Shown in pieces: positions 55,326 to 64,000 of a stretch of 64,000 bases of DNA. Origin of the DNA: a virus; IMG/VR virus record IMGVR_UViG_3300021964_000014, one strand, 5' to 3'. Both the position numbers and the translations under genes were made by a program. Position 1 is the stretch's first letter. Each line of letters opens with the position of its first letter. The notes below the pieces were generated by a model. That model did not search any database and was not told where the DNA came from. It saw nothing but the letters and a program-made list of their open reading frames with translations.

Positions 55326-58300
55326 TATTCTTTATCTTTTAATTTTTGTTCTAATATATCTACTTTCTTAGAAAGCTCTTTAATAGCTTCTACAAGGATA
55401 GGAGTAAGTTTTTCATATTTAACTCCGTAGTACCCTCCATTCATTTCTCCAACTACCTCCGGTAATACTTCTTTAACTTCTTGTGCTATAAATCCTATAT
55501 CATTTCCTTCAAAAGGATGTACCTCTTTATTACCTTCTTTCCAATCAAATCGAGTACCTCTTAGTTTTAATACCTTAGCTAGTGAACCATCTAAGTTTAT
55601 TATATTTTCTTTCAATCTTTCATCCGAAGAATGGAATGCAGTAATATTTCCTGTTGCTGTAATAGCTCCTGTTACAGAAAGTCCACTAGTAAAGTACCCA
55701 TTCTCAGCATATACTTGATTCCACTGTTTTAAGAAAGTACCGAAATTGTATGTCCCAGAAGTTTCTGGCAGTATATGATTAAACTGTGAGGTACCTCCTT
55801 TAGCTTCAAAAATTATAGAATTACCACTAGCACCTTGAGCTAATCTAGGAGCTCTAACATATTGAGTAGCATCAGAAACAATTTGGAGTCCTCCTGCTTT
55901 TAATTCTACGAAGTTAGTAGGTACACCTACGCCAAGAGATGTATCATATGATGGTGCAGTACCAAATCCAGAGGTACCTAAAGTAGTATTAACTGTGGTA
56001 TTCGTTGTAGAATTAAGAGCGTTTACTGCAATATTATACCCTGCTCGTGCTCCACTTCTAACTCTATATCTAAATTTAACATCAGTTGTTTCAGAGATAG
56101 TCATAAGAACTGTTTCAGCTCCTCCTGTATGTGCTACATTGACACCACCTTGTGCTGCTCTAGTTTTTTGCACCCAAGTATACGTTGTAATAGACGGGTT
56201 GTGAGAAAGTATTCCGTCAGAAATGTAGTTTTGGTATCCTGGTACTACAAACGTATAAACATCAGTTTCGTTGTATATAGTTTCAACGTCTAATACTTTT
56301 TCTTTCTTTATTCCGCCTTCAACTGCTACATAAATTTCAGTTTCGTTAGGTACTAGTTCTACAGATTTTATCTCTTTATTTTCATCTAGCCAGAACCCGT
56401 GATCGTCTGTTACTGTAATTGTTTTAGTTTCAGTAGTTACTTTTAATATAGTACTTGTAGTTCTGTTTCTTATTTCTTTAATAGAACCTGCGCTAATTTC
56501 ATTAATGCCATCTTGCCATTTCCACACTTTAAGTACATCACTCTTTAATATATCTTTAGCCTGTTTAGTTGAACCGTCGTATAGTTCTATTTCTGTAGTT
56601 CCTACAACAGAGGATGGACTTTGTAGACCACCACCTCCACCACCACCGGTAGTAGAGACAGAACCAGAAGCTTCCCAATAGCTATGAGAATTAACACCTG
56701 CTATACGGTATGCGCTTCCTAGTAAAGCTTCACCAACAACAGTTGTTGTTCCGTTTTTAATTGCTTGCAGGTATATATCTGCATAGTGAGCTTTTTTGTA
56801 AAAGTTAGAAGGAAATCCGTGGAGCTGACCTTCTTGGGTACCAACATAAGCCGGTGTTGTTACTGTGTTAATCTGATTTGTAGGGGCATCAACGCTAAAA
56901 GAAGGAGTTGTTATATTAATTTGAGCTTCCCCTTGAGAAGCTGCGAATACAGCGCCTTGAGTTCCATATCTGTTATTATAAACAGGACCGTAGACAGATG
57001 TAGATGTTACAGACTCCATTGCATTACCAGAAGTAATACCCGGTATACTAACAGAAACACTACCGCCTGCTGTACTTGTTAAAGTATCTAAAGGAGAAAT
57101 AATTACTTTCTTATTCCCTCCTGCAAACATTTGAATCTCAGGTATGTTAGGTTCGAATATTATTTCACTGTTATCATCTCTTAACGCATTAGTGGTAGGA
57201 TCGATTATCCAATCTCCGATCTGTCCTGAGGTAGCTGTTATTTCACCTGATATACTAGCATCAGATGCTGTCATAAATCCTTGACTATCGACTGAGAAGT
57301 TTGGAGAGGTAGCATTAGGTATGGATAGTTGACCTCCTTCAATTGTTCCACCAGTCAATGAACCTGCATTTATAGTCGCACCTTGGATAGTACTACCATT
57401 GATACCTGCAGCGGCAGTAATTAGCCCACCAAAATATGTATCACCATTGGACGCTAAAGAAAAGTTTGGAGTAGAAATAGCCCCATTGGTAAGGTCTATC
57501 GCCATACCAGCAGTAGAGAACCCAGATCCATCATCAGTTCCTGCGTGATTATTTGATAATATAGAGCCTGCTCTAATCTTATTACCTGATATGGTAGTTG
57601 AGTTGTTATTTACATCTGTTGCTGCTCCTCCTGGTTGTAGGGAAGAAGCACCATCTGCTGCTCCAGATACAACATCAGAAACGGTTGTATTAGTTGAACC
57701 TACTCTTAAACTACCTGCAAATGTACCTCCTGCTGCTTCTAAGTCTCCTTTAAATTTAGCATTACCTGCTTTGTCTATATAAAATTCTTTAGAATGTATA
57801 GCACCTGAGGAAGATATAATTAGTCTTCCTGCTGTAGATGTAAATGTTGCTGTATTCTCATCTGTTCCTGTAAATATTTTATCTGAATGAATAGTCCATC
57901 CACCAACACTACCTGCTGTTTTATCTTGAGTATTTGAGGCAGCTGATGCTGTTGCTTGTATATCACTATTTGAAACGTTATCTACATTACCTAATCCAAC
58001 ATCTGTTGCTGAAGTATTAGAGTTTAAGGTGTTATTCTCATCAAGGTCTGTGCTGCCTATGGTCACTGTTCCTTTAAATCCAGCATTACCTGCTTTATCT
58101 ACATAAAACTGTTTAGCATGTATAGCACCAGAAGAAGATATGATTAACCTTCCTGCTGTAGATGTATATGTAGCAACATTCTCATCTGTGCCGGTAAATA
58201 TTTTATCTGCATGGATTGTCCATCCGCCTACTGTACCTGCATCTTTATCAGCAGTGTTTGCTGCTGCGGATGCTGAAGCCTGTATATTAGAGTTTGAAAC

Positions 58301-61300
58301 GTTATCTACATTACCTAATCCAACATCTGTTGCTGAAGTATTAGAGTTTAGTGTATTATTTGCATCTAAGGTAGTACCGCCTATTTGCATTGTACCTGAG
58401 AATACAGCAGAACCATCTGATGCTATTCTAAAGTTTTTAGCAGATATGGCTCCGTTATCTAAATTGATCGCCATACCAGTTGTTGACATAGCTGATCCAT
58501 CATCAGTACCGGCATGATTACTAGATAATATTTTACCGGTCTGAATTGTATTACCTGATATTTTAGTAGCAGCGCCTAGCTGAGCACCAGCTGCTAATCC
58601 CCTAAAGATTAATCCTTGAGTTGAGCTACTATTGTCGTAGTGTATAGAAGCTCCCGGTCTAACATATCGGTCAGTAACGTTATTAGCTTGAGAAGAAGTC
58701 ACATAAGCAGGAGAAGTAAAATCTCCATCTTTAAATACCTCGTATCTTGCACCGGTTTCTAAAAGAGTAATCTTAACTCTGTACTGCTGGTTTTCAGAGA
58801 AATCTGTATCAGAAGTCCAGTCGTCATTTACGAGTGCGTGTATTTGGGTTCCGTTTTCTCGAACAGTTATATCATTACTTTGGAAATAAACTGTGTGATG
58901 CTGTTCAGTATGGCTATAGCTTCCAGGACTTTCTTTAAATAATCCAATCATAGTAGCTGGAGTGCTATGTCCTACTACGACATCCCATTCAAAAGAAGGT
59001 CCATCATTTCTATCAAATACTGCTTTAGTAAGGAATCCTTTATTCCATGCATCACCTCCTGAGTTCTGTAATAGTACTCCTAGTACAGGTGAGGTATAAG
59101 TTGTTATATTTGGAATATTAGAATCAAATATATTTGCATCTAACGAACCGCTAAATTGATATGTTATAGTCGGTCCAACACCTCTATTACCAATCCTTAA
59201 GTTCGCACCATCCCAAGTCAATGCATCAGAACCTGTACCTTGATTTGATAGGTAGAAGTTACCTGAGCTATCCATATAGGACTTAAAGTTAGTACCGTCA
59301 TGGTATCCTAAGTACTGAGATGTTAAGTTTAATCCGGCTGCTGCAGTGTTAGTAGCCAAAGCAAAGGCATCTCCTCCAAATGCATATGAAGTTGGATTTA
59401 CTAACGAACTTGTAGCTGCATTAGTAGTATAGGGGCTCAACATAGAGCTTGTAGTACTATTACCTACTGCATTATTATCTGTATATGTTTCTGCTGCCGA
59501 TTGGGCTGCTGATGCTTCCGCACTTGCAGTTGCTGCAGTATTGCTGATGCTAGTTTCTAGAGATCCTGTAGCAGAATCAAGATCTGCTTGTGTAGCGTAT
59601 GTAGCATTTGTAATTGTAATACTACCTTCAATAGTTAGATTAGTACCGTCCCAAACAAACTTATCCCCTAATGAGAATTTACCGCTTGAACTTACAAAGA
59701 ATGGAGTATTTGAATTATCGTAGGTACCTGTACCTATATACATACTCTGTGCAGCTAATTCTATACCTCCGATAGAACCATCTCTTGCTACTATTGTGCC
59801 ATCTACACTTAAGTCTGAGCCATCCCAAGATAATCCGTTATTACCTGAACCTGCTAAATAGAAGTCTCCAGAAGAAGACATATAAGTTTTCCAGGTATCT
59901 GTATCGTAGTATCCTAAGTTATCAGCACTCATAAATAATCCAGTACCTGAAGGAGTAGGATTAAATGCTATCTTACCACTAGCATCTACTGATCTAGTAA
60001 CAGCTGTATTCGCAGTTGCTTGAGCTGCTGCTGCACTTGCTGTTGCAAAGTTTGCGGTTGTTTGTGCTGCTGCTGCTTCGGCAGATGCTGTTGCTGCAGT
60101 ATTACTTATGCTAGTTTCTAATGAGCCTGTTGCTGTATCTAGGTTAGACTGTACTGTAGTAGCTGCATTACTTGCTGTGACTGCGGCTGCAGAGGCACTT
60201 GCTGCTGCTTGTGAAGCTTGAGTAGCTGTACCTGCTGCTGTGGTAGCATCTGACTGTGCTTGAGTAATTGAACCTGTTAAACTAGATGAGGCTTCATTAG
60301 CTGCATTAGTTGCAAAGGTCTGTAGTGATCCTGTTACTGTATTTAAATTATCTTGAGTAACAGCATTACCTCCTACAATATTTATAGTACCTGCGATAGT
60401 TAACGATGTTCCGTCCCATGCTAAGTAGTTACTAGAACTTCCTGTTAAGAAGAAGTTACCGTTATTAGCCATGTAAGTTTTCCACTCACTACCTGAGTAG
60501 TAACCTAAGTTAGTTTGGTCCATAAATAGACCTTCACCTGATAGGGTAGCTGGTTTTTGAATCTTACCTGTACTATCTGTAAAGATATCAGCTGCTAAAG
60601 AGGAAGACGTATTATTAATTAATAAAGATTGATCATAAGTAGTATCGGCAGAAGCTGTCCATGCATTACCTGCACCCCATACATATACTTTGTTTCCATC
60701 ATCATTATCAATCCAAATATCACCTTCTGTTCTGCCTGATGCTCCAGGAGCTGTTGCTTGTCTAAATATAGAATTTTTACCGTCTAATACTCCCTGTAAA
60801 CCTTCATTTACTGAAGCTTGAGACGCAGATACACTATTTAATTCTCCTGATACAGAAGCTACTGAAGAAGATATCTCAGCATTTGAAGCTGAAATTCCTG
60901 TTGCTAAAGAACCTGATAAAGAACTTGTAGCAGTATTAGTAAACGTATTAGCATTTGATTCTGCAGTATTAGCTGCGTTTTGTGCAAATGTTTCTAATGA
61001 ACCTGTAGCTGTGTTTAAGTCTGCTTGTGTGGTAGCATTACCACCTGTTATATTGATAGAACCTGCAATTGTAAGTGAGGTTCCATCCCACGCTAAATAA
61101 TTAGCATCACTTCCAGTTAAGTAGAAGTTACCATTATTAGCCATGTATGTTTTCCAACCACTGCCGGAATAGAATCCTAAATTAGTATCTCCTAAATATA
61201 ATCCAGCACTTGATGTGTTTGGTGTTCTAACTAACTTACCACTTGAGTCTGTAAATATATCTAATGCTACAGAACTTGATAAAGAAGCAGAAGTTGAATT

Positions 61301-64000
61301 AATTAATGCTGCTTGATCATATGTACCGTCAGAAGAAGCTGTAAAGCTAGAACCATTCCAGATGTACATTTTATTTTGCTCACCTGTATGAATCCAAACA
61401 TCACCTACTGTTCTACCAGAAGTAGAAGGAGAAGTTCCTTGTCTAAATATAGATGCTTTACCTGCTGCTACTGCATCTAAATCTGATAAATTAGATGCTA
61501 ATGAGCTAGAAGTACTTGCTAAACTATCTGATAGAGAAGCATTAGAAGAAGATAAACTAGTTGCTAAAGAGCCTGATAGAGTATCTACGCTACCTGTTAC
61601 ATAATCTTGAGTAGCTGCATTACCGCCTGTGATTGTTATAGCACCTTTTATTTCTAAGGTACCAGTTCCTGCATCCCAAGCTAATTTATTTCCTGCTGAC
61701 CCTGTTAAGAAAAAGTCACCAGTGTTATCCATATAAGTCTTCCAGGTACCTGATTCGTAGAATCCTAGGTTAGTAGAAGTTAAATATAAACCTGTAGCAG
61801 AAGCGGTTGGTGGTCTAACTGCTCTACCTGAGCTGTCAGTAAATATTTTTGCATCTAAAGTATTAGTTGTTGTAGCTATAGAGCCAGACAAAGCTGCGTC
61901 TGAAGCTGATATTTCTGTTGCTAATGATCCTGATAAAGAGCTGGTAGCAGCATTTAGTTCTGCTGTATTAACTCCAGTTCCTCCTGTTATGTCAACAGCT
62001 CCTTTGATATTAAGTGTTGAACCATCCCAGTATATATAATTGTTTCCAGATGTTGCAGTACCTACTCTAAACTTACCGGTACCGTCCATATAAATTCCAT
62101 CACCTGCTGTGTTTGTTATTACACTAGCACTAACTCCTGCTTTTAAAGCTCCGTTGTTAAGTGAACTTGAAATTATAAATGTTGGAGTATCTAAACTAAA
62201 TGTTTGAGTCTTTATGTTTAAATTACCGTCTGTAAAGTTATCTAAAGATATAAAGTTGTTAGCTCCTCCTACTTTCCATGCACCATCTGTATACCAGTAG
62301 TTATTGTTGTTTACATAGATACCATCATTAGTACCTTGAACATCTCTACCGATAGAAATCTTTTGACCAGTTTCTAACCCTCCTTGAACAGTTGCTACAT
62401 GAAGTATACCTGCAATAGAACCAGTTTGTGCTGTTATAGCTCCTTTGAAGTATCCATTTTCAGTATAAATACCAAAACCTGGTTCATCATCTCCGTATAA
62501 GTATGCAGAAGATAATCCTGATAGATCTCCTAATCTAGTTCTTAATTCTAAATCATAAACCCCTGATCCTGTTCTTTCTACTATATCCATATAGGGTGTA
62601 GAAATATCTCTAGGATTAGCATTCATGAGCATATAACCAGAAGTAATATCTTTTTCTGGGTTATAAACACCAGTTGAAACTAATACCTGACCTTCATTAT
62701 AAGGTTGAGCAGTTGATACTAAACCGGCTAAAAATTCTTTATCAGAATCAATCAAGTAAACAGTGTCACCATTAGTATGTGAATCTGCAACTGTGTCGTG
62801 GTAATCTCTAATTACTGTTAATACATTACCTGAAGTGGATATAGATGTGATTTTAAATCTTTCATCATCTATTTTAATAATATTTTGAACTGCTAAACTT
62901 GCAGTACTTGCTACAGTGATATCTGTTTCTATATCATCTAAGTCTTCTACTATAGTAGTAACTGAAGAAGATACAGCAGGTACACCTCCAAATGCTCTTT
63001 GAACATATATTTCACCTGCTAGTCCATCAGGGTCTATTGAACCTGTGTTGTAAGATATACTACTATCTTGTGAATATCTTTTAGAACCCGATACATACAT
63101 ATACTCAACTGAGAATCCTGTATTATCGACTGATTTAGCTTTTAATATTTCACCTGTTTCAAATCCAGAAACGTTTGCTACTGAGAATGTAACAGCTGTG
63201 TCAGCATATGAAGAAGAGCCGGCTATAATAGCTCCTGCTTCACTTCTTAAAGGTTGTATGGTTGTAGCATTCGCTACCATCAACTGACCTCCAACTACGT
63301 TAACACTCTCTTTTTCAAATACAGTAGTTTTTAAAGTACCACGTATTCTCATATTTTCAAACTCAGCAGAACCGTTTCCTAATGTATCTATTCTCCAACC
63401 TTTTACGTTGGTAGCAAAGTTAGAAGATTCTAACCTACCATCTGAATGTATTATGAGTCCTGTTTCACCTTCTGCATATGCTCCTCCAAAACCAGAAGCA
63501 GGTATAGATCTAATCTGAGAGTCAGTTACTTCCCATCCTCCGATCTTATTACCTTCCTGACCAAACATTGCAATTGTATCAGCACTACCTGTCCCAGAAC
63601 CATCATATATTTTAATACCGTATAAATCGGAAGCATCGTCTGATATTTCTCCTAATCTTATAATTTCTTTTGAACCGGTATCAAAAATATTAAGTCTTTG
63701 AGTTGTGGTATCTATATCGAAATAAGTCGTGTCTAACTTAAAAGTTTCTGTCCTAATATCAACACCAGTGGTTGTATTGAACCTAAAGTAGTTACTAGCA
63801 TTCTTAGTTAGATCTAATGTTGCTACAGTAGAGTCCATACCAAGTATAACACCGGCATCATTATTACCAAAAGTTGTTTTGGCTCCTGCTACTAAAAACG
63901 CATCATCAGTATTTCCTTCTAGTCTTACCTTATTTGTACTACCGGCTGTTATTTTTCCTTGTGCTCCTAAAAGTTCAACTTTACCGTCACCAAGTGACAT
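55325..64000 (-). CDS. Giant tail protein (at least 2891 aa; probably begins beyond the right edge) with internal repeats, a Hint domain and a C-terminal S74 chaperone
   Basis: GWRID..G.AEFENMRIRG, IGGW motifs, repeated WKTYM..GxFYLTGS..LAWDG modules; FHSSDERLKENI...IGFIAQEV...VKYEKLTPILVEAIKEL. Confidence 0.9.
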   Translation of the reverse strand: MSLGDGKVELLGAQGKITAGSTNKVRLEGNTDDAFLVAGAKTTFGNNDAGVILGMDSTVATLDLTKNASNYFRFNTTTGVDIRTETFKLDTTYFDIDTTTQRLNIFDTGSKEIIRLGEISDDASDLYGIKIYDGSGTGSADTIAMFGQEGNKIGGWEVTDSQIRSIPASGFGGAYAEGETGLIIHSDGRLESSNFATNVKGWRIDTLGNGSAEFENMRIRGTLKTTVFEKESVNVVGGQLMVANATTIQPLRSEAGAIIAGSSSYADTAVTFSVANVSGFETGEILKAKSVDNTGFSVEYMYVSGSKRYSQDSSISYNTGSIDPDGLAGEIYVQRAFGGVPAVSSSVTTIVEDLDDIETDITVASTASLAVQNIIKIDDERFKITSISTSGNVLTVIRDYHDTVADSHTNGDTVYLIDSDKEFLAGLVSTAQPYNEGQVLVSTGVYNPEKDITSGYMLMNANPRDISTPYMDIVERTGSGVYDLELRTRLGDLSGLSSAYLYGDDEPGFGIYTENGYFKGAITAQTGSIAGILHVATVQGGLETGQKISIGRDVQGTNDGIYVNNNNYWYTDGAWKVGGANNFISLDNFTDGNLNIKTQTFSLDTPTFIISSSLNNGALKAGVSASVITNTAGDGIYMDGTGKFRVGTATSGNNYIYWDGSTLNIKGAVDITGGTGVNTAELNAATSSLSGSLATEISASDAALSGSIATTTNTLDAKIFTDSSGRAVRPPTASATGLYLTSTNLGFYESGTWKTYMDNTGDFFLTGSAGNKLAWDAGTGTLEIKGAITITGGNAATQDYVTGSVDTLSGSLATSLSSSNASLSDSLASTSSSLASNLSDLDAVAAGKASIFRQGTSPSTSGRTVGDVWIHTGEQNKMYIWNGSSFTASSDGTYDQAALINSTSASLSSSVALDIFTDSSGKLVRTPNTSSAGLYLGDTNLGFYSGSGWKTYMANNGNFYLTGSDANYLAWDGTSLTIAGSINITGGNATTQADLNTATGSLETFAQNAANTAESNANTFTNTATSSLSGSLATGISASNAEISSSVASVSGELNSVSASQASVNEGLQGVLDGKNSIFRQATAPGASGRTEGDIWIDNDDGNKVYVWGAGNAWTASADTTYDQSLLINNTSSSLAADIFTDSTGKIQKPATLSGEGLFMDQTNLGYYSGSEWKTYMANNGNFFLTGSSSNYLAWDGTSLTIAGTINIVGGNAVTQDNLNTVTGSLQTFATNAANEASSSLTGSITQAQSDATTAAGTATQASQAAASASAAAVTASNAATTVQSNLDTATGSLETSISNTAATASAEAAAAQTTANFATASAAAAQATANTAVTRSVDASGKIAFNPTPSGTGLFMSADNLGYYDTDTWKTYMSSSGDFYLAGSGNNGLSWDGSDLSVDGTIVARDGSIGGIELAAQSMYIGTGTYDNSNTPFFVSSSGKFSLGDKFVWDGTNLTIEGSITITNATYATQADLDSATGSLETSISNTAATASAEASAAQSAAETYTDNNAVGNSTTSSMLSPYTTNAATSSLVNPTSYAFGGDAFALATNTAAAGLNLTSQYLGYHDGTNFKSYMDSSGNFYLSNQGTGSDALTWDGANLRIGNRGVGPTITYQFSGSLDANIFDSNIPNITTYTSPVLGVLLQNSGGDAWNKGFLTKAVFDRNDGPSFEWDVVVGHSTPATMIGLFKESPGSYSHTEQHHTVYFQSNDITVRENGTQIHALVNDDWTSDTDFSENQQYRVKITLLETGARYEVFKDGDFTSPAYVTSSQANNVTDRYVRPGASIHYDNSSSTQGLIFRGLAAGAQLGAATKISGNTIQTGKILSSNHAGTDDGSAMSTTGMAINLDNGAISAKNFRIASDGSAVFSGTMQIGGTTLDANNTLNSNTSATDVGLGNVDNVSNSNIQASASAAANTADKDAGTVGGWTIHADKIFTGTDENVATYTSTAGRLIISSSGAIHAKQFYVDKAGNAGFKGTVTIGSTDLDENNTLNSNTSATDVGLGNVDNVSNSDIQATASAASNTQDKTAGSVGGWTIHSDKIFTGTDENTATFTSTAGRLIISSSGAIHSKEFYIDKAGNAKFKGDLEAAGGTFAGSLRVGSTNTTVSDVVSGAADGASSLQPGGAATDVNNNSTTISGNKIRAGSILSNNHAGTDDGSGFSTAGMAIDLTNGAISTPNFSLASNGDTYFGGLITAAAGINGSTIQGATINAGSLTGGTIEGGQLSIPNATSPNFSVDSQGFMTASDASISGEITATSGQIGDWIIDPTTNALRDDNSEIIFEPNIPEIQMFAGGNKKVIISPLDTLTSTAGGSVSVSIPGITSGNAMESVTSTSVYGPVYNNRYGTQGAVFAASQGEAQINITTPSFSVDAPTNQINTVTTPAYVGTQEGQLHGFPSNFYKKAHYADIYLQAIKNGTTTVVGEALLGSAYRIAGVNSHSYWEASGSVSTTGGGGGGGLQSPSSVVGTTEIELYDGSTKQAKDILKSDVLKVWKWQDGINEISAGSIKEIRNRTTSTILKVTTETKTITVTDDHGFWLDENKEIKSVELVPNETEIYVAVEGGIKKEKVLDVETIYNETDVYTFVVPGYQNYISDGILSHNPSITTYTWVQKTRAAQGGVNVAHTGGAETVLMTISETTDVKFRYRVRSGARAGYNIAVNALNSTTNTTVNTTLGTSGFGTAPSYDTSLGVGVPTNFVELKAGGLQIVSDATQYVRAPRLAQGASGNSIIFEAKGGTSQFNHILPETSGTYNFGTFLKQWNQVYAENGYFTSGLSVTGAITATGNITAFHSSDERLKENIINLDGSLAKVLKLRGTRFDWKEGNKEVHPFEGNDIGFIAQEVKEVLPEVVGEMNGGYYGVKYEKLTPILVEAIKELSKKVDILEQKLKDKE
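56198..56611 (-). other. Hint (intein-like) domain, 138 aa, within the giant tail protein
   Basis: Block A SVVGTTEIELYDG, block B VTDDH, block F/G VYTFVVPGYQNYISDGILSHN; +1 residue is Pro; no homing endonuclease. Confidence 0.85.
57745..58370 (-). repeat. Tandem duplication of a 108 aa (324 nt) unit in the giant tail protein
   Basis: NNTLNSNTSATDVGLGNVDNVSNS...VGGWTIH.DKIFTGTDEN.AT.TSTAGRLIISSSGAIH twice; identical run of more than 45 nt at about 57982 and 58306. Confidence 0.92.

Larger units (their letters stand above)
1..64000 (-). mobile_element. Segment of a large T4-like tailed phage genome (head, neck, fibre modules), probably infecting Bacteroidota
   Basis: Contiguous gp17/gp20/gp21/scaffold/gp23/gp13/gp14/gp15-like genes, many fibre genes, single-strand dense coding with TAATG/ATGA overlaps; no host housekeeping genes and no integrase. 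Confidence 0.96.

Noticed and set aside
56198-56611. Canonical mobile intein
   Set aside because: No homing endonuclease and +1 is Pro; reported as a non-splicing Hint domain instead
466-59723. All plus-strand ORFs in the track (e.g. 3870-4283, 27613-28155, 37194-37766, 58140-58517)
   Set aside because: Antisense shadows of long minus-strand genes; Ser/Leu/Pro-rich mirror composition (poly-Ser opposite poly-Glu) and no plausible initiation context
1-64000. Stop-codon reassignment
   Set aside because: Core genes are full length under code 11, and TAA, TAG and TGA all end genes at sensible places
63998-64000. ATG at 64000 as the true start of the giant tail protein
   Set aside because: It coincides with the window edge and upstream context is not visible; the gene probably extends further

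Overview
All 64 kb belong to one AT-rich, T4-like (gp23/gp21/gp20/gp17 family) large phage genome, with every credible gene on the minus strand. In transcription order (right to left) the window holds: the C-terminal part of a giant tail protein that carries an internal Hint (intein-like) domain and an S74 chaperone; a mixed block of small enzymes (nucleotidyltransferase, putative glycosyltransferase, GIY-YIG nuclease, mini protein kinase, primase, PD-(D/E)xK exonuclease, lipoprotein, P-loop kinase, HIGH-NTase/ParB/metallopeptidase fusion, HAD nucleotidase); the packaging and head module (terminase, portal, prohead protease, scaffold, major capsid, PhoH, gp13/14/15-like neck proteins); and about 21 kb of modular fibre genes. 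Three TTG-N20-TATATT(T/A) promoters, starts without Shine-Dalgarno sites and the fibre types suggest a Bacteroidota host (inference). The most interesting signal is a probable capsid-cargo system. About a dozen unrelated ORFs start with a related leader (e.g. MKLSELILES, MIKLTDLILES, MHKLEKLILES, MKLSSVILEF) that ends in a gp21-type I/L-x-E cleavage site. Several large proteins look like strings of short modules punctuated by the same site, i.e. polyproteins processed by the prohead protease. Other highlights: a non-splicing Hint domain inside a tail protein, three structured 5' leader RNAs on structural genes, and a late-promoter-like motif that is the reverse complement of the T4 one. All calls come from reading motifs by eye; no database searches were run.
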